Positions 13,401-28,400 of a DNA stretch of 64,000 nucleotides are shown here, one piece after another. The stretch comes from Antedon mediterranea (taxonomy: Eukaryota > Animalia > Echinodermata), in assembly GCF_964355755.1 (NCBI RefSeq), contig NC_092677.1, positions 12,236,101 through 12,300,100 on the forward strand, written 5' to 3'. Each line of letters opens with the position of its first letter. Position 1 is the stretch's first letter. The notes under the pieces are model-generated. The model was not told where the DNA came from, did no database searches, and worked only from the letters and a program-made list of their open reading frames with translations. The position numbers were made by a program, and so were the translations under genes.

Positions 13401-16400
13401 ATCAACATTTCCTGTAAAAACCTAATACATATCATAAGAATTATTAGCATGAAAACTCAACTGTGTAGACAAACATTTTAAAGGTAAAATTTGTTCATAT
13501 TGATACTGATATTCTCTTTTTTTTATTGTCCATAATAAAAAAAAGGAGAAAATCCCCAGACGTTTTTTTAATAGCTCCTTGACCCTGTCAAAGGTCACTG
13601 ACCAAACGGCTTGATTCCATCATTCAGTCTAATGACATGACTTGAATAGGTCGTGAAAGGGTAGTTGTTGTATTAACAAAAAACTCTAGTTGAATATATT
13701 TATCCTTCTAAACTTAATACTACCTGGATGAATGACAATATCCATACCCGTATTCAAATTAATCTAAATTTAAAAAGTTTGATATGCACAAATATGGTAG
13801 TGATATGTCTATATATGTGTACATCACATTTTTGTTGTCACTTAAAGTTTGATAGTGTAAAAAGAGCTTAAAAAATAGAAAAACTTACTTTAACATTATC
13901 ACTTTCATCAAGTATTTCTATGAATGTACTTCCATCAAAACTGTAAAGAATGCTGAAGAATGTAACCCACTGAGAGAAAGTAGGACGGCCTTGGGTTATC
14001 ACCCCAGTCACTTTCGTTAAAGAACCAAGATCAACTTGTAGCCATTGGTTATTGTCCAACACACCACTACTCCACGCTCCACTACCACTTACTGAGTTCA
14101 GTCTACCATACTTAGCAGAATATTGACCACTAAATTCACTTGATGCCATTAACTGCTCATCTAGTATAGTTCCATCTTCAATTCCAAGACGATGGACACA
14201 GGGATTTTCTGATAATGTTATACATTAATATTGTTTTTGTTAAAGATATTGCATAATTTACTTTCAGAAATGTAAACTTAAAGAAAGAAATAAAGAACAG
14301 ATATCTACTAAATGCCAAATTGACGTTTTTGTCACCTGAATCTTACTGGATTGCAAGTCTATATCGCAACTATATAAGATGTTCATTTAACAAATTACCT
14401 TCCTGGCAGATTGGGCATCCTAAACTGGGATCTTCACAAGAGATGTTTACTAGGGAGAAATCGGCTTCAATATCTACATAAACACAATCTTTGTCCACCG
14501 ATGCATAGTTGAAATGCCAATCTATAAATAACATACAATAAAACTCTGTTTACACTACCAAATTTAATGTGACAAAAAAGTGTAATGTTTCCAAATATGG
14601 TAGTGATATGGCCAAATATGGTAGTGATATGACATCACCATGTCCATATATGGGCACATAACAGTTTTTTGTCACATAAAGTTTGTTTAGTATAGAGAGA
14701 GCTTACGAAAAGTAAATACTTTGAAAGAACATACAAAGGGATTGGCTATAGTTTCCCTTTGTTTGTTCCACTGTAAAGTGTCCTCATAATAGGGGTGCCC
14801 CTTAATAGGGGTGCGCCTGTATCTTTCCTACCTGGTAAATCAGATGGTTCGATTAGAGGGATTGTATATTCATATCCAATCCAAAATAAAGCGTCCTCAT
14901 CGTCTTTTTTCATACCAACAAATAACCGATTGGCCTCTTCCATTTTCTGGGCTTGTAGCATGTGTAGTACAAAGTTTTTAATGTTGGCGGATGTGATATG
15001 AGCTAAATGGGATTGTCTTGCCTTACAGTATTCATCTGCCTCATTCCAAGACATCCTTTCATTATTAATGTGAAAACAATGATTCTCAAAACTCATCCAA
15101 CCAAGTGAGCATTGACCTAGAAGAGAAAAATATCTACATCTTGTGATGTGCCCAAATATGGTAGCGATATGTACAAATATGATATGATAGTGATATGACA
15201 TCACAGTGTCCATATATGGGTACATCACATTGTTTTTCAAACTAGTTTGATAGTATTGACAGAGTTTTAGAGAAAATCTTTTGGGAAAAACATTATGCCG
15301 GAAAACCAATATCATGCAACCGTATATTTTATCAAATTCTACTTGTATTATCTAATAGAGTTTCAATTTACCAAACACTGGGATCGAGAGAATTGGACTT
15401 GGTTTGCCAACAACAAGAAAACCATCAACTCGTCTAGTAACTTTAACCATGATTGAATATTCTGACTTCTCCTGTAAACCTTTGATTTCCCATGTATTAC
15501 CACTGGTGACACCAACCAACGCTGGAGCTGCATCACTATTTGGATGCAAAGAATTCCAGAGGTATATGTTATAATTGACAATCGGTCCAACACCAAAGTC
15601 ATGTCCATATGTCCAGTCTCTCCATTCAATGATGACACGGTCTGGATAACGATTCACAATCCAGGGTGTATCAAATATGGCTGGCAAAGCTATAAAAAGT
15701 TGTTTTTTTTTCAAATAATAAAGAATACACATTGTAAGGTACTGTATATTTAAAGCATATGTGTACTGTATTTCCATAACCAGCACAAGGGAAATTTTAC
15801 ATCAGGTTCGTTCAGAATTTTTTTTTTCTTTTTTTTTTTCTTCATCCAACAGAAACCAAAACAGAATGAATAGACTATCAGGATTATAAAGTAAGTCTGA
15901 CTTCAGGTTTCAGTCATGAGTTTTCAACCCTGGCACTAGGTCAGGATTAAACCTGTGATTGTCAACAAGCTCCATCTACAATGTTAATGCAAATTGGAGC
16001 AAGAGAACCAATTAAAAAACATGTCAGACTTAGGGAGTGGAGTTGTGCGTTAAAACCCTGACACTAGGTCAGGATTAAGTCCTGGTATTAGAAGGCAAGC
16101 ATGTTACAGCTCCTCTACATTTTCTACAACGTCATTTCAGGCAGTATTTAACAACCAAAACAACCTGCTTCACATACCCAATTGACAGTCTTGTCCTCCC
16201 CAGCCCATCTCACATCCAGTTTGACAGTTCCCACTAGCCTTGTTGCAGTTGTCCTGGTCGAAGCAATGGCATTTTTTGTTACATTGATCACCAAAATAAC
16301 CAGCAGGACAAACCATTTCAGATTCATACTCTGAGGTAAATTTAAACACAAATCCAATTAAATAACCTAACCTGCCAAATTGGTATGATAAAAGGAGAAT

Positions 16401-19400
16401 GTTTTCAAAAGGTGATACATAGTCCCTCATTTCCCGCATTTCTTTCTAGGATATCACTATTATAGGTACTGTCCATGGAATAATCTAAATACTGTACTTA
16501 TAAGCTTGGTTCCCACTATTGACGCAACGTAACGCAATATATGCAATACAAGAAAATGCCCTTCCAATAATTGTATTTGTCCCTGTCTGCGTGAAATCAA
16601 ACCTGCGATGTTTGCAGCACTGTTGCATCATCGGTTCCCACTTGTGATTACGCAATACAGCACTTTGTTGCATCGCTAGTGGGAACCACATTTTAAGCAT
16701 TGAAACCCTGAAAAACTATTAAAGCATTCAAAGGGACATCCAGTGATGCTATCACAGAATGATCAACATTTATTTTTAGGATGTCACTAAACAGATATTG
16801 TATGTACTGTCAAGAATAATCTTTTTCTGTAAATACCTAAGCATGAACGCCCTGTAAAACCATCATGGCATTCTGCTTCAGGGGTGCATCCTATGTCAAT
16901 GTGACAGAACAATGACGGACAGTGACACTTCTGTAAACAGTTGGCTCCATAATATGGGTACTCGCATTCTGTTAAATAAAGTATACAGTGTATTGATTAT
17001 TTCATTACATTATTGTATACGTCATCAAATTAGAGATGTACCATTTTATATATACAGTATATTTTATTTTCATTTCATAGTAACATTTATATGAAAGTGT
17101 AAAAAAGTGTTACTATGTGAAATTAATTTACATCTATGGCATCCCATTTGTCATAACTTAGATCCAAAATGGCGTCTAAATTTCACGGCTTTGGGAGAGG
17201 GTGTATGCTGGGGTTGGGGGTATCAGAGCCTCACAATGACCAGACTTGTACGATTTTAAACTACATTTAAACTACCCTGGAAGGAAGGTGACTGCTAACT
17301 ACATATGTAATATGTTATACCTTTATAGCATCTGTAACCTGACAATCCTGCTGCACAAGTGTTTCCAACTGGAGATGTGTAACTAAACAGTACACCTCTA
17401 CATGCTTCAGATGAACATGAATATTTGTAACAATCCTCAAGTTTAGAACAATCAGTTAATCCTGAAATTTAAATTACAAATTATTAATAAACATATAGAA
17501 AAGTTGTGATGTGCTATGTTGCTTAAGACCATCATTATTCATGTGGTAATATGCTCGGAATTCGCCCGCGTAGGAATTTGCCTGTGTGCCGATGTGGACA
17601 TTAGCACCATATAATAGATAGGAAGCACAATTTCTGGATTTAAAGTAGAAGACTGAATGGGAAACAATAATAATAATAATAAACAGACACTGAAAACCAG
17701 AATAATATGCCATTTCAGTCCATTGAATAGTTGGATTGTCATTAGGACACAATCAATCCATGCATTATAGTATGGTTTTAAGTGCAAAGGAACTGAATAA
17801 CAGAATTGCATAATCCTTTAGGGCACACATTTTTTAAAACAGTGCAGTTAAATGTTAAATGTATTATTCTGGTCCTCAAGTTTAACTGGAAAATGAGGAA
17901 ATTCGGATGACTAGTGTGTCAAAAACCTGAAATGAAATGTAGGCAATATTTAGAAAGTAAGAGAATGACTATAAAATAACTTGGAATGGTTATTTTGAAC
18001 CCACAGCTTGGTATAATACCAGAAGACCACTGAGCTAGCATTTGATGGCTGGAGTTGAGATTCAAGTCCAATTATATTCACATACAGTATCATGCCATGA
18101 TTGATAGTAACTTACCTTCTTCGCAGAATGTACCACTAAATCCTGGTGGACAGACACAGGTGCAAGATCTGGCATGACAACGTCCTCCATTGTAACAAAC
18201 TGGACAATTAAGAGCACAGGACGGGATACCACAATAAGAAGTCGGACATTCTGTAAAGAAAGGAATAATTTTAAAACATAACCTTGTGAGTGGTTGGCCG
18301 AGTGGTTAAGACAGTAGAATTGTAATTACGTAGCCATATTATCGGTAAGGTTTCGAAGCTCAGTCACTCGGGTGTCTAGAAAACTCAGATCTAGAAAACT
18401 CAGATCTCAGATATATCTGAGTTTTCTAGATCTAGAAAACTCAGATCCCAGTCACTCCATGGTTCTGGTGGTAGAACGAGTCTTCCCAGATAAAGACTAT
18501 AAACCGCAACATGCTTGTGTTCACTTTAAAGAACCTAGTACATCTTTTGAGACGAGTACCCCTGTGTACCAGTTCACACATAGCCACTGTCACACTCCAC
18601 TTATTGTATCATCTCCCAGTGTGTCATCTAATATAAAGAACAAATAATAAGCGAATCTTTGGTCGCATACCTGTGACATATAAGTACATAAATGTATGTT
18701 TTCCTAAATGTCGTTGACCTTGATAATAACACTCGTACACACCCTCATCTTCAAGTCGAGCATTTAAAATGGTCAATGTTTTGGTATCATGCATTCCTTC
18801 ACCGTACACAAACGCGTTGTTATGTCGCCAACGAAGATTTGTAGCAGAGGGTGCATTTACAGTCAGTGTAACAGTTTCTCCAAGACCAACGGTTACAGAT
18901 CTCTGAGATGGCTCAATGTTTATTTCAGCTAATTAGAATGAAAAGTTATTAACAATTAAATAAACGATACCAGACTCTCTATAAATGCCATGGTGGAAAT
19001 TGAATATGTACCGAAATTTCAGAAATTAAGACGGAAATATGTTAAACCCTAAATCTCTGTCTGCACTATCAAACTTGTTTGACAAATAAGTATTATGTGC
19101 CCAAATATGGTAGTGATATGCTTAAATATGGTATTGATATGACATCATCACATTTTGTTGTCACATAAAGTTTGATAGTGTAGACAGAGGCTTAAGGCTT
19201 GGTTCCCACTTGGACATTTGAATGATCAATCGTATCATGTCAAATTACTGTACTTCTAAGCGTTGCGACCAAGTGGGGACCAAAGCTTCTACCTCTACAT
19301 AATGCATGTCAACCAGCTATTATCAAAATTGTTTCCATTCCTTTTAATAATTCAATTCAATTCAATAAACTTTATTGTCAATCTCATGAATGGCTTGAAA

Positions 19401-22400
19401 CTTTGGCTGAAAGTACACACATTAAAATTGTCTAAAAACATTGTTGCACAAACAGTAAAAAAGAATATAATCACATAAAACAGAGAACAAGATGTTATAT
19501 AAAATAAGTTAAAAGAGGACACAAAAAGTACAAATCGAGTTAAAAATACAGCTAAGATACTTATTATACAGTACATCATTTTACTTACAACCTTCTTTCA
19601 GTATTACAATATGATTTTGCATCTGTCCGCTGCCAACTTCCACACGGCCGTAATATTCTCCAATCCGCAAGGAAATATTGTCAGTATCCAAGTACATCTT
19701 TTTGTGGTTCTCATCAATCATGGTTATTTTTATTGCATCAGGAAGGTCCGAGTTCTCACCAGTTGTAGCTGATGGCAGTATCTCAGCTCCTTCTGTACTG
19801 TATGTTGACAAAGACAGTGAAGATCCAATGTACATTTCTGATGTAGTATAATTTCTAACTAACCGTATATCTAAATGATTTGATGATGAAGCCAAAGGTT
19901 TTTCTGTATATACAACAAAATCAATAGGATGATCTGGAAAAGGAAATAGATGTTGTCAATTAATACAAACTATACAATCCCAAGTGTCTACTCTGTCTAC
20001 ACTTTCAAACTTTATATGACAAAAAAAATGTGCTATGCCCATATATGGACATGATGTTGTCATATCGATTTGGCCATATAACTAATATATTTGGCCACAT
20101 CACACTTGTTTTCTAGTTTGACAGTGTAGACAGAGTTTAATTGTTTGATGGTCTCTTTGCAGGGGTATGGCACACTGGCAAGGAATTGAACATACTGTAC
20201 TCACTTATTCTTGTTCTGTATTGAATATCTAGTCTAGTCTAATCTAGTTTTCCTGTTGTTAATTGTCTTATCAACAGACAGTGACCTGGAAAATTAGCAT
20301 TGCTCTTATGGCCACCCTCACTAACACTAACAATTGTTATAATAATGAACTGACAGAAGGCACAGTCTGTACCACCGTCTTGCGAAGAAGGAACCTGCAT
20401 GCTGTGTATTACCCCTTTCACACCAAAAGCAAAACTGTTTTGGTGTGAAAGGTACCAACATCAAACTCTGGAGTTTTAGGTCACAAGGTCATCCTCACAC
20501 AATCACTCATTGCTTTAGTTTTATTTCAAAATACTTTATATTTGTACAAAATATATAGCGAGTTAAAAAAATAATAAGTAGTATCAATAAAAAACTAGAT
20601 TTAATTCGTCACTATGACGAATTATAGGTTATATGCAATGATTTAAATAAAGATAATTGATTGATTTAAGATATTTTGATTGATTGATTTTCTCAGAATC
20701 TTTAGTTATTTATAATATATGATAGGATCTTGCTAACGCAAATACAATAGTATCATAATCCGATCAAATCAAAGATCCTTCTGCGTATATAATGTCATAA
20801 ACCACATTTGTGTATTTAAATAAATTTCATTATAAATCATCTGTATAATCTATACACTAAGAAATACAATTGAAAAAACAATACGGATAATAAAAAAAAA
20901 TCTTATTTCGTTTCGTTTCCCAAGGTGAGACTCGAACTCGGTACCTTGAATGCTATAGACACGAGCAAAGACCATCGAGCCATACACAACTGACTAAAAA
21001 TTATGGAAATATTCCTCCATGTATTTACTATGCAGTAACCACATTGGTGCAGATAGATTATTACATACCGCAATGAATTATAATGTTTTACTATGATGAC
21101 ATCTTTAAAGATTTTTAAAAATGATGCACTGTCAAACTATATACTTTTAACTTTAATATATGAACTTCTTAAGGAAGAAAGTTAATGTTAAGGTTGTTAT
21201 TTCGGCCTAAGAAAATGTTATAATTTGTTTGATTGTCGAAATTAATTTTTGTAAATTTAATATGCCATTACCGGTAATGATGACTTAATCAACTTTTGTT
21301 CTCTTAATTTCATAATAAATCATACATATGATACATACACTTCAAGAAAATGAAATAAAAAATCGGTGTTCCCGAGCATTCTAACAATATATATTAATTT
21401 TAAAATTTAGCATATTTTCACCATTTTGTTAACTTACACGTGCGTAGCCTGTCACTTTTGACGTGCTCGTATAACGCTGTTTCGTGTTGAAAAGTTAATA
21501 CAATATGATGATATTGTTAAAGAAAGGTTATACAACAGTAATCGGAGAAAAACAATTCGCAACAACGTTTGACGCGCGTGCAAAAATCTGCGCACTTATG
21601 GCAATTTTTTAAACGCTTAAAATTGCCTGAAACGTACTCTAATTTCATCGAAAATAAATTCTGACAATTTAGAACATTTTAAGCGCGCGTACGCATGCGT
21701 TATATGCGCTACGCACGTAATTGTATTGCCATATGATGAAATATAACCTGAAATTTATGAGTACCAAATTTTGTTTAAAAGTGATTCATGCTTGTGAAGA
21801 TATGATTACAAACGTGATTTCGTTAAATCGCGCGTAGACCGCGTAATGTTTGATTGCGCACTGTGAAAACATAACCACATCGATTCCTGGCCATAAGGAA
21901 TATACTCTGAAAAATTGACTTAGTTAGATGAATCTGATATCAAGATAATTGACGGACAAATAGTGCTAAGGAAAGAATAAATAAACTAGATTTAATTCGT
22001 CACTATGACGAATTATAGGTTATATGCATTGATTTAAATCAAGATAATTGATTTTTAAAAGATATATTGATTGATTGATTTTCTCAGAATCTTTAATTAT
22101 TTATAATATATGATAGGACCTTGCTAACGCGAACACCATAGCCGGTATCACAATCCGATCAAAGATCCATATGCGTATAATGTCATAAACCACATTTGTT
22201 GTTACATAATAATAAAGACATAAGTTAATTTTTATCTAGATTTCATTATAAATCATGTGTATAATCTATACACTAAGAAATAAATTTGAACAAACAATAC
22301 GGATAATAAAAAAAAAATCTTATTTCGTTTCCCAAGGTGAGACTCGATCTCGGTACCTTGAATGCCATAGACACGAGCACAGACCACCGAGCCGTACACA

Positions 22401-25400
22401 ACTGACTAAAAGTTGTAGAAAAATTCCTCCGTGTATTTACTATGCAGTAACCACTTTGATGCAAATAGATTATTACATACCAAAATGAATTATAATTTTT
22501 TACTATGATGACATCTTTAAAATGTATACAAATGATGCACTGTCAAACTACATACTTTTAACTTTAATATATGAATTTTTGAAGGAAGAAAGTTAATGTT
22601 AAGTTTGTTATTTTGGCATAAGAAAATGTCATAATTTGTTTGATTGTCGAAATTATTTTTTTTAAATTTAATATGCAATTAATGATGACTTAATCAACTT
22701 TTGTTCTCTTTATTTGATAATAAATCATACATATGATACATACACTTCAAGAAAATGAAATAAAAAATAGGTGTTCCCCTGCATTCTGACGATATATATT
22801 AATTTTAAAATTTAGCATATTTTAACTTATACGTGCGTAGCCAGTCACTTTTGACGTGCTCGTATAACGCAATTTCGAGTTAAAACCTGAATCAAATATG
22901 ATGATATTATTAAAGAAAGATTGTAAAACAGAAATCGGGCAAAAAGAGTGCGCATTAACGTTTAACGCACAGTGCGCGTGCAAAAATCTGCGCACTCATG
23001 GCATTTTTTTAAACGCTTAAAATTGCCTGAAACGTACTCTAATTTCATCGAAAATAAATTTTGACAATTTTGAACATTTTAAGCGCGCGTACGCAAGCGT
23101 TATATGCGCTACGCACGTAATTTCATTGCCATATGATGAAATATGACCTGAAATTTATGAGTACTAAATTTTGTTTAATTGTGATTCATGCTTGTGAAGA
23201 TATGATTACAAACGTGATTTCGTAAAATCGCGCGTAGACCGCGTAATTTTTGATTACGCATCGTGAAAATATAACCACATCGATTCCTGGCCATGAGGAA
23301 TATACTCTGAAAACTTGACTTAGCTAGATTAAACTGATGCCAAGATAATGCACGGACAAAATAGTGCTAAGGAAAGAATAAATAAATAAATAAATAAATA
23401 AAGATTTTGACAGAATCAAGAGGTTATATGCATATCACGCATATAACCTAATAAAGAAATAAATAAAGATTCTGACAGAATCAAGAGGTTATATGCATGA
23501 ATGCATATAACCTAATTACAAGACTTCTGAGACTTTTGTAAATAATTATTAAATTAAAAATATTGTCAATTAAAACTATTCTAATGATCGGCGCTAAGTA
23601 AACAAACAAAATAGAGGGCGACATTTACAATTTTACTTTATAAACCCTGGTGTTGCTAGGTTGGTGTGAAAGGGGTATCTCCGGAGTTTCTCGACGTTTT
23701 GAATGATCATAAACCCTGGGGTGTCTCCAGGGATCAGTCCAAAGTTTTGGTGTGAAAGGCCGGGTATATGAAGAGAGGGATATGATACTATAAGGAATGA
23801 CAGGTTTTTGCCATGTCCCTATGTATAGATGCTTTACTGTCAAACCAAACCAAATACATTGATCTAGAGTGTTATTATGGAAACTCACCGTATATTTCTG
23901 AAGTTGAATGCAACGTTTCAGTGACAATGCTGCCTGTAATAAAATATTTATTTATTTACAAATGACTATAAAATGCTTCTTTGAAAACCTAGATGACCTA
24001 TACTATGAAACTTTACAAATAATTTTTGTTGTGAATCAACATCAGAACCCAAAACGATACTGATATCTTGATTTGTGCACACACTGTTTCAATCGTTTAA
24101 TAATAATACAGATTTCTAGAGCGCACTTCACCACCAAAGGTGCTCAAGGCACTTGTTTTATTTATGTATCAATCTGTTGTATTGATTCATAACAAAATTT
24201 CCTTTACAAAGTCTATGCAGTACAATTATTAGTAAACTTTGCATTGAATGGAAAAGATATTTCAACCCATGAAAATATTATCCTCATTCAACTAATAACT
24301 TGGCAGTGGTGGATCTATATTTTGAAATACAGCGGGGCATAAAAACTGCGGAACTCAACAACCTAAAGTTCTATTTTGGCATAAGAATTTTCAAAATGTA
24401 AGGGACCCACCTATATATGCCTATGCTTTTGTTTATTGACATACCTCTTTCACAAATAACGTTCAGCTCTTCCTCAGCATTTGTAATTTCCCAAGAAAAT
24501 GGGTAGTTAAATTTTACAGCATTACAATTTTCAGTACACTCGTTTTCTTCGGGGGTACCAATTAACTTATTCAGAGAGTCTATGAAGAAAAATATTGCTG
24601 AATTAATCATATAATGACAATATTGACAATGATATGATTGATGTTTTATTTTATTTTGATACATCATCACCATCATGTCCATGGTATCAGAGATAAAAAC
24701 CAGAAACAGGACTTACATGCTGATAGAGGAGTGTCAAATCAAATCAAAAATACTTTATTCATCATCATTAAAACATAAAGACAAATTAGAAAAAGGTCAA
24801 TAAATAATAATAAAGAGATGAAAATGATCTTGATGAAATTGTACCATAAAATTTAAGCAAAAATAAAAATAGTCAAATCATACTAATAAAAATATTGTCC
24901 TCAAAAGTGTCAGACTATTCTACCTTTTACATCAATCCATTTATGATATTTAGCTGCCATTTCAAAGAACCCATCAACATTAATTTGATTGTACCCAAGC
25001 CATGCGCTAAGTTGTATAAAATTCAGTTCTTCTTCAGAATCAAGGACCAATAGACTAGAATCAAGCTCCTCACAGATGTTGTTGCCACTTATGTAATTAT
25101 GCTTCAAACTTGTAAAATGATAACACGAGTCACCCAGGTACATGAAATTTTCTGGGCAAGCATCTGCGGAATATAAAAGTATTTAATTGATTGTGAAATT
25201 TGAAACGAATTGCGTGTAATACATTTTTAAATATGTAAATTGAATTTTTTCGTGATTGCGGTGACTTTTTTCTTGGAATTAACTCTGATTATGATATCAA
25301 AACCTTGTACATGTTTTGTCCAAAAACACAACATTCTCTACTTTCTGATTGGCTGTTGCTATAAAAATGTTGCCATTATTTGCACATATTGGGCACAAAA

Positions 25401-28400
25401 AAACAAATTTAGGAAAAACATTGGGGATATGAGGTTTTGATAGAATAGCTATGTATCGTTTCTAAAAATGTACCTTCTCATATATATTAATAATATTCGT
25501 TCTTATACAGTGCTTATTGCATAATACGTCTAAGCACTTCACATTACTACCCCGGTCATATTTTAGATCCAACATGTATGCAAATGTAAGTAAAGCATTT
25601 TTCCTAAGGATAAGCAATGTGGCGAGAGTTGGATTCAAACTCACAATCAGTAGTCCAACACACTGCACCACCGTTATTTTGTTACTTTGATGAACAAATT
25701 GGATTGAATTTTCTTACCTTTTTGACAAGCAGCGATAACATCATAGTTTGTGTTACATTTCCAATCATTTAAAGACCAAGAATTAATTTCAACACAATTT
25801 TCTCCAGTTCCAGCGTTGTTAGGCTCAGGCTGTTTCCAGATTTCTATCACCGTACACAAAAAACAATAATAATTAGTAATGTTGATTCAAAACATAAATC
25901 AAAACAGTTTCATCAAGCTAGACTTCAAAACAGACCAGCTGACAATTAAGTCTAGTCTTGTTAGCCAGACAAATCATTGGTTTATATTTTATTGACCTTT
26001 ATCTTTTACTACATTGAAACCAGATGAAAGTGTTTTGTACAAATAATATTATTGTTATTTAAAAGGTACCACCTGTTGAAACTTTCTAGATTTGTTGAGT
26101 TGTTATATGCAAATGGTAAATGGTTTTAAATTTGGACAGCGCAAAATACAAATAGTCTCTATGCATTGTTTAAACAAGTGTAAAAAGAATGAAAGCGTTA
26201 TTGTTAAATAAAGCAGGAAAAAGCCTAATAAACCGAACAAATTGACAAAGACACATCACCACACTGTTTCACTAACTTGTCAAGAAAAGCTAGCTATTTA
26301 TTCATGTCATGATGATGTGAGCATCTGACTATCCTCATGCCTAACAAAATGCAATGCATACAATAAATTCACACAAAACGAATACAAATGCTTTATGTAA
26401 TATCATGGAGTACTCTGTGGTAATATAACGAATTAATTGCTTTATATGTTTTTTTTTGTCTTTAGACACTCACCCTCCAAAGAAGTTGTCTGTTTCTCTC
26501 CATTGCAAGTTATTTCGGTAAATATACCTTCATGTCCTTCATCTGAGTACCCCAAGAACATTCTGTGTTTATCAGAGTTTGTAACAGAGGCACGCAGGCT
26601 TTCGAAATCTGTGGATGCCTTTAGGATGGGTAAAGTAGCTCCTTCCCTCTGACAGTAATCATTCTGCTCGGCCCAAGAACCACTGTAATTAAAGTAATGC
26701 CTGCAAACATCACCTTCAAGTTTCCAGTTTTCAGGGCAACGTGCTAGAACATAGTAAATATAATAGAATATAAACATTTCACTGGACATCATTCTGGTTT
26801 TGTACATCATCTCTTATTAATTGGTAAAACACTTGCAAAAAAAACATTGCCAAATAATTTTTTAAATATTTTTTTTTGAATTTGCCATTTTAATGTCACA
26901 TAATAGTTATTTACTTAGACAAAAAATTGGATCGAAAAAAAATGTTTACCTAAAAAAATGGAATTTAAAGCAAAAAATTGTCAAATTGACTGCCAGCCAA
27001 TGGATTTTTGGTTGAATTTAACCATTTATTATGTTATTTCATAAGTGAAAACATGATTTTTTTCGTTTTTTTTTCTTCAGAAGTGATTAACTTTTTTTAA
27101 ACTACAAAATAACCTATTCAAAGTCTGATTTAATTAATCATTGTTAATGCGATTCTTTTATTCTCATCAATTCATTAAGCAAATTCAAGTGAACCAACAA
27201 AATATCTTCTATAAATTGAGTATAGACAGTAGCATAATAAATAGTATAAAAACAAAGTAAACTAGATTTAATTCGTCACTATGACGAATTATAGGTTATA
27301 TGCATTGATAATTAAAATAAAGATAATTTATTTTTTAAAGATATTTTGATTCATTGATTTTTTCAGATTCTTTAAATAATATATAATATATGATAGGACC
27401 TTGCTAACGCGAATACAATAGCCGGTATCACAATCCGATCAAAGATCCCTCTGCGTATAATGTCATAAACCACATTTGCTGTTACATAATAATAAAGACA
27501 TAAGTTATTTTTTATCTAGATTTCATTATAAATCATGTGTATAATATATACACTAAGAAATAAATTTGAACAAACAATACGGATAATAAAAAAAAAAATT
27601 TATTTCGTTTCCCAAGGTGAAACTCGATCTCGGTACCTTGAGTGCCATAGACACGAGCACACACCACCGAGCCATACACAACTGACTAAAAATTGTAGAA
27701 AAATTCCTCCGTGTATTTACTATGCAGTAACCACTTTGGTGCAGATAGATTATTACATACCGCAATGAATTATAATTTTTTACTATGATGACATCTCTAA
27801 AAATGTACAAAAATGATGCACTGTCAAACTATATACTTTTAACTTTAATATATGAACTTTTGAAGGAAGAAAGTTAATGTTAAGTTTGTTATTTTGGCCT
27901 AAGAAAATGTCATAATTTGTTTGATTGTCGAAATGAATTTTTTTTAATTTAATATGCAATTAATTATGGCTTAATCAACTTTTGTTCCCTTAGTTTAATA
28001 ATAAATCATACATAAGATACATACACTTCAAGAAAATTAAATAAAAAATATGTGTTCCCGAGCATTCTGACGATCTATATTAATTTTAAAATTTAGCATA
28101 TTTTCACCATTTTGTTAACTTACACGTGCGTAGCCTGTCACTTTTGACGTGCTCGTATAAGGCAATTACGCGTTGAAAAGTGAATAAAATATGATGATAT
28201 TATTAAAGAAAGGTTGTACAACCGAAATCGGACAAAAAGAGTGCGCATTACCGTATAACGCGCAGTGCGCGTGCAAAAATCTGCGCACTCATGGCAATTT
28301 TTTAAACGCTTAAAATTGCCTGAAACGTACTCTAATTTCATCGAAAATAAATTTTGACAATTTTGAACATTTTAAGCGCGCGTACGCAAGCGTTATATGC

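Larger units (their letters stand above)
158..20138. repeat. Dispersed 130-160 bp hairpin MITE family (Harbinger-like), about 10 copies here plus 37912-38133 and 59798-59940
   Basis: AGCTCTGTCTACACTATCAAAC...GTTTGATAGTGTAGACAGAGCT at about 158, 1038, 2367, 7501, 8013, 13777, 14543, 15135, 19053 and 19990. Often flanked by TAA/TTA. Confidence 0.85.

Noticed and set aside
18288-18370. tRNA gene
   Set aside because: A and B boxes are present but no cloverleaf is evident, and it continues into a SINE body shared with other copies.
22255-27768. Repeated 77-aa ORF (MCIIYTLRNK...)
   Set aside because: It lies inside HINE-like copies, has no recognisable domain, and is disrupted in the copy at about 20840.
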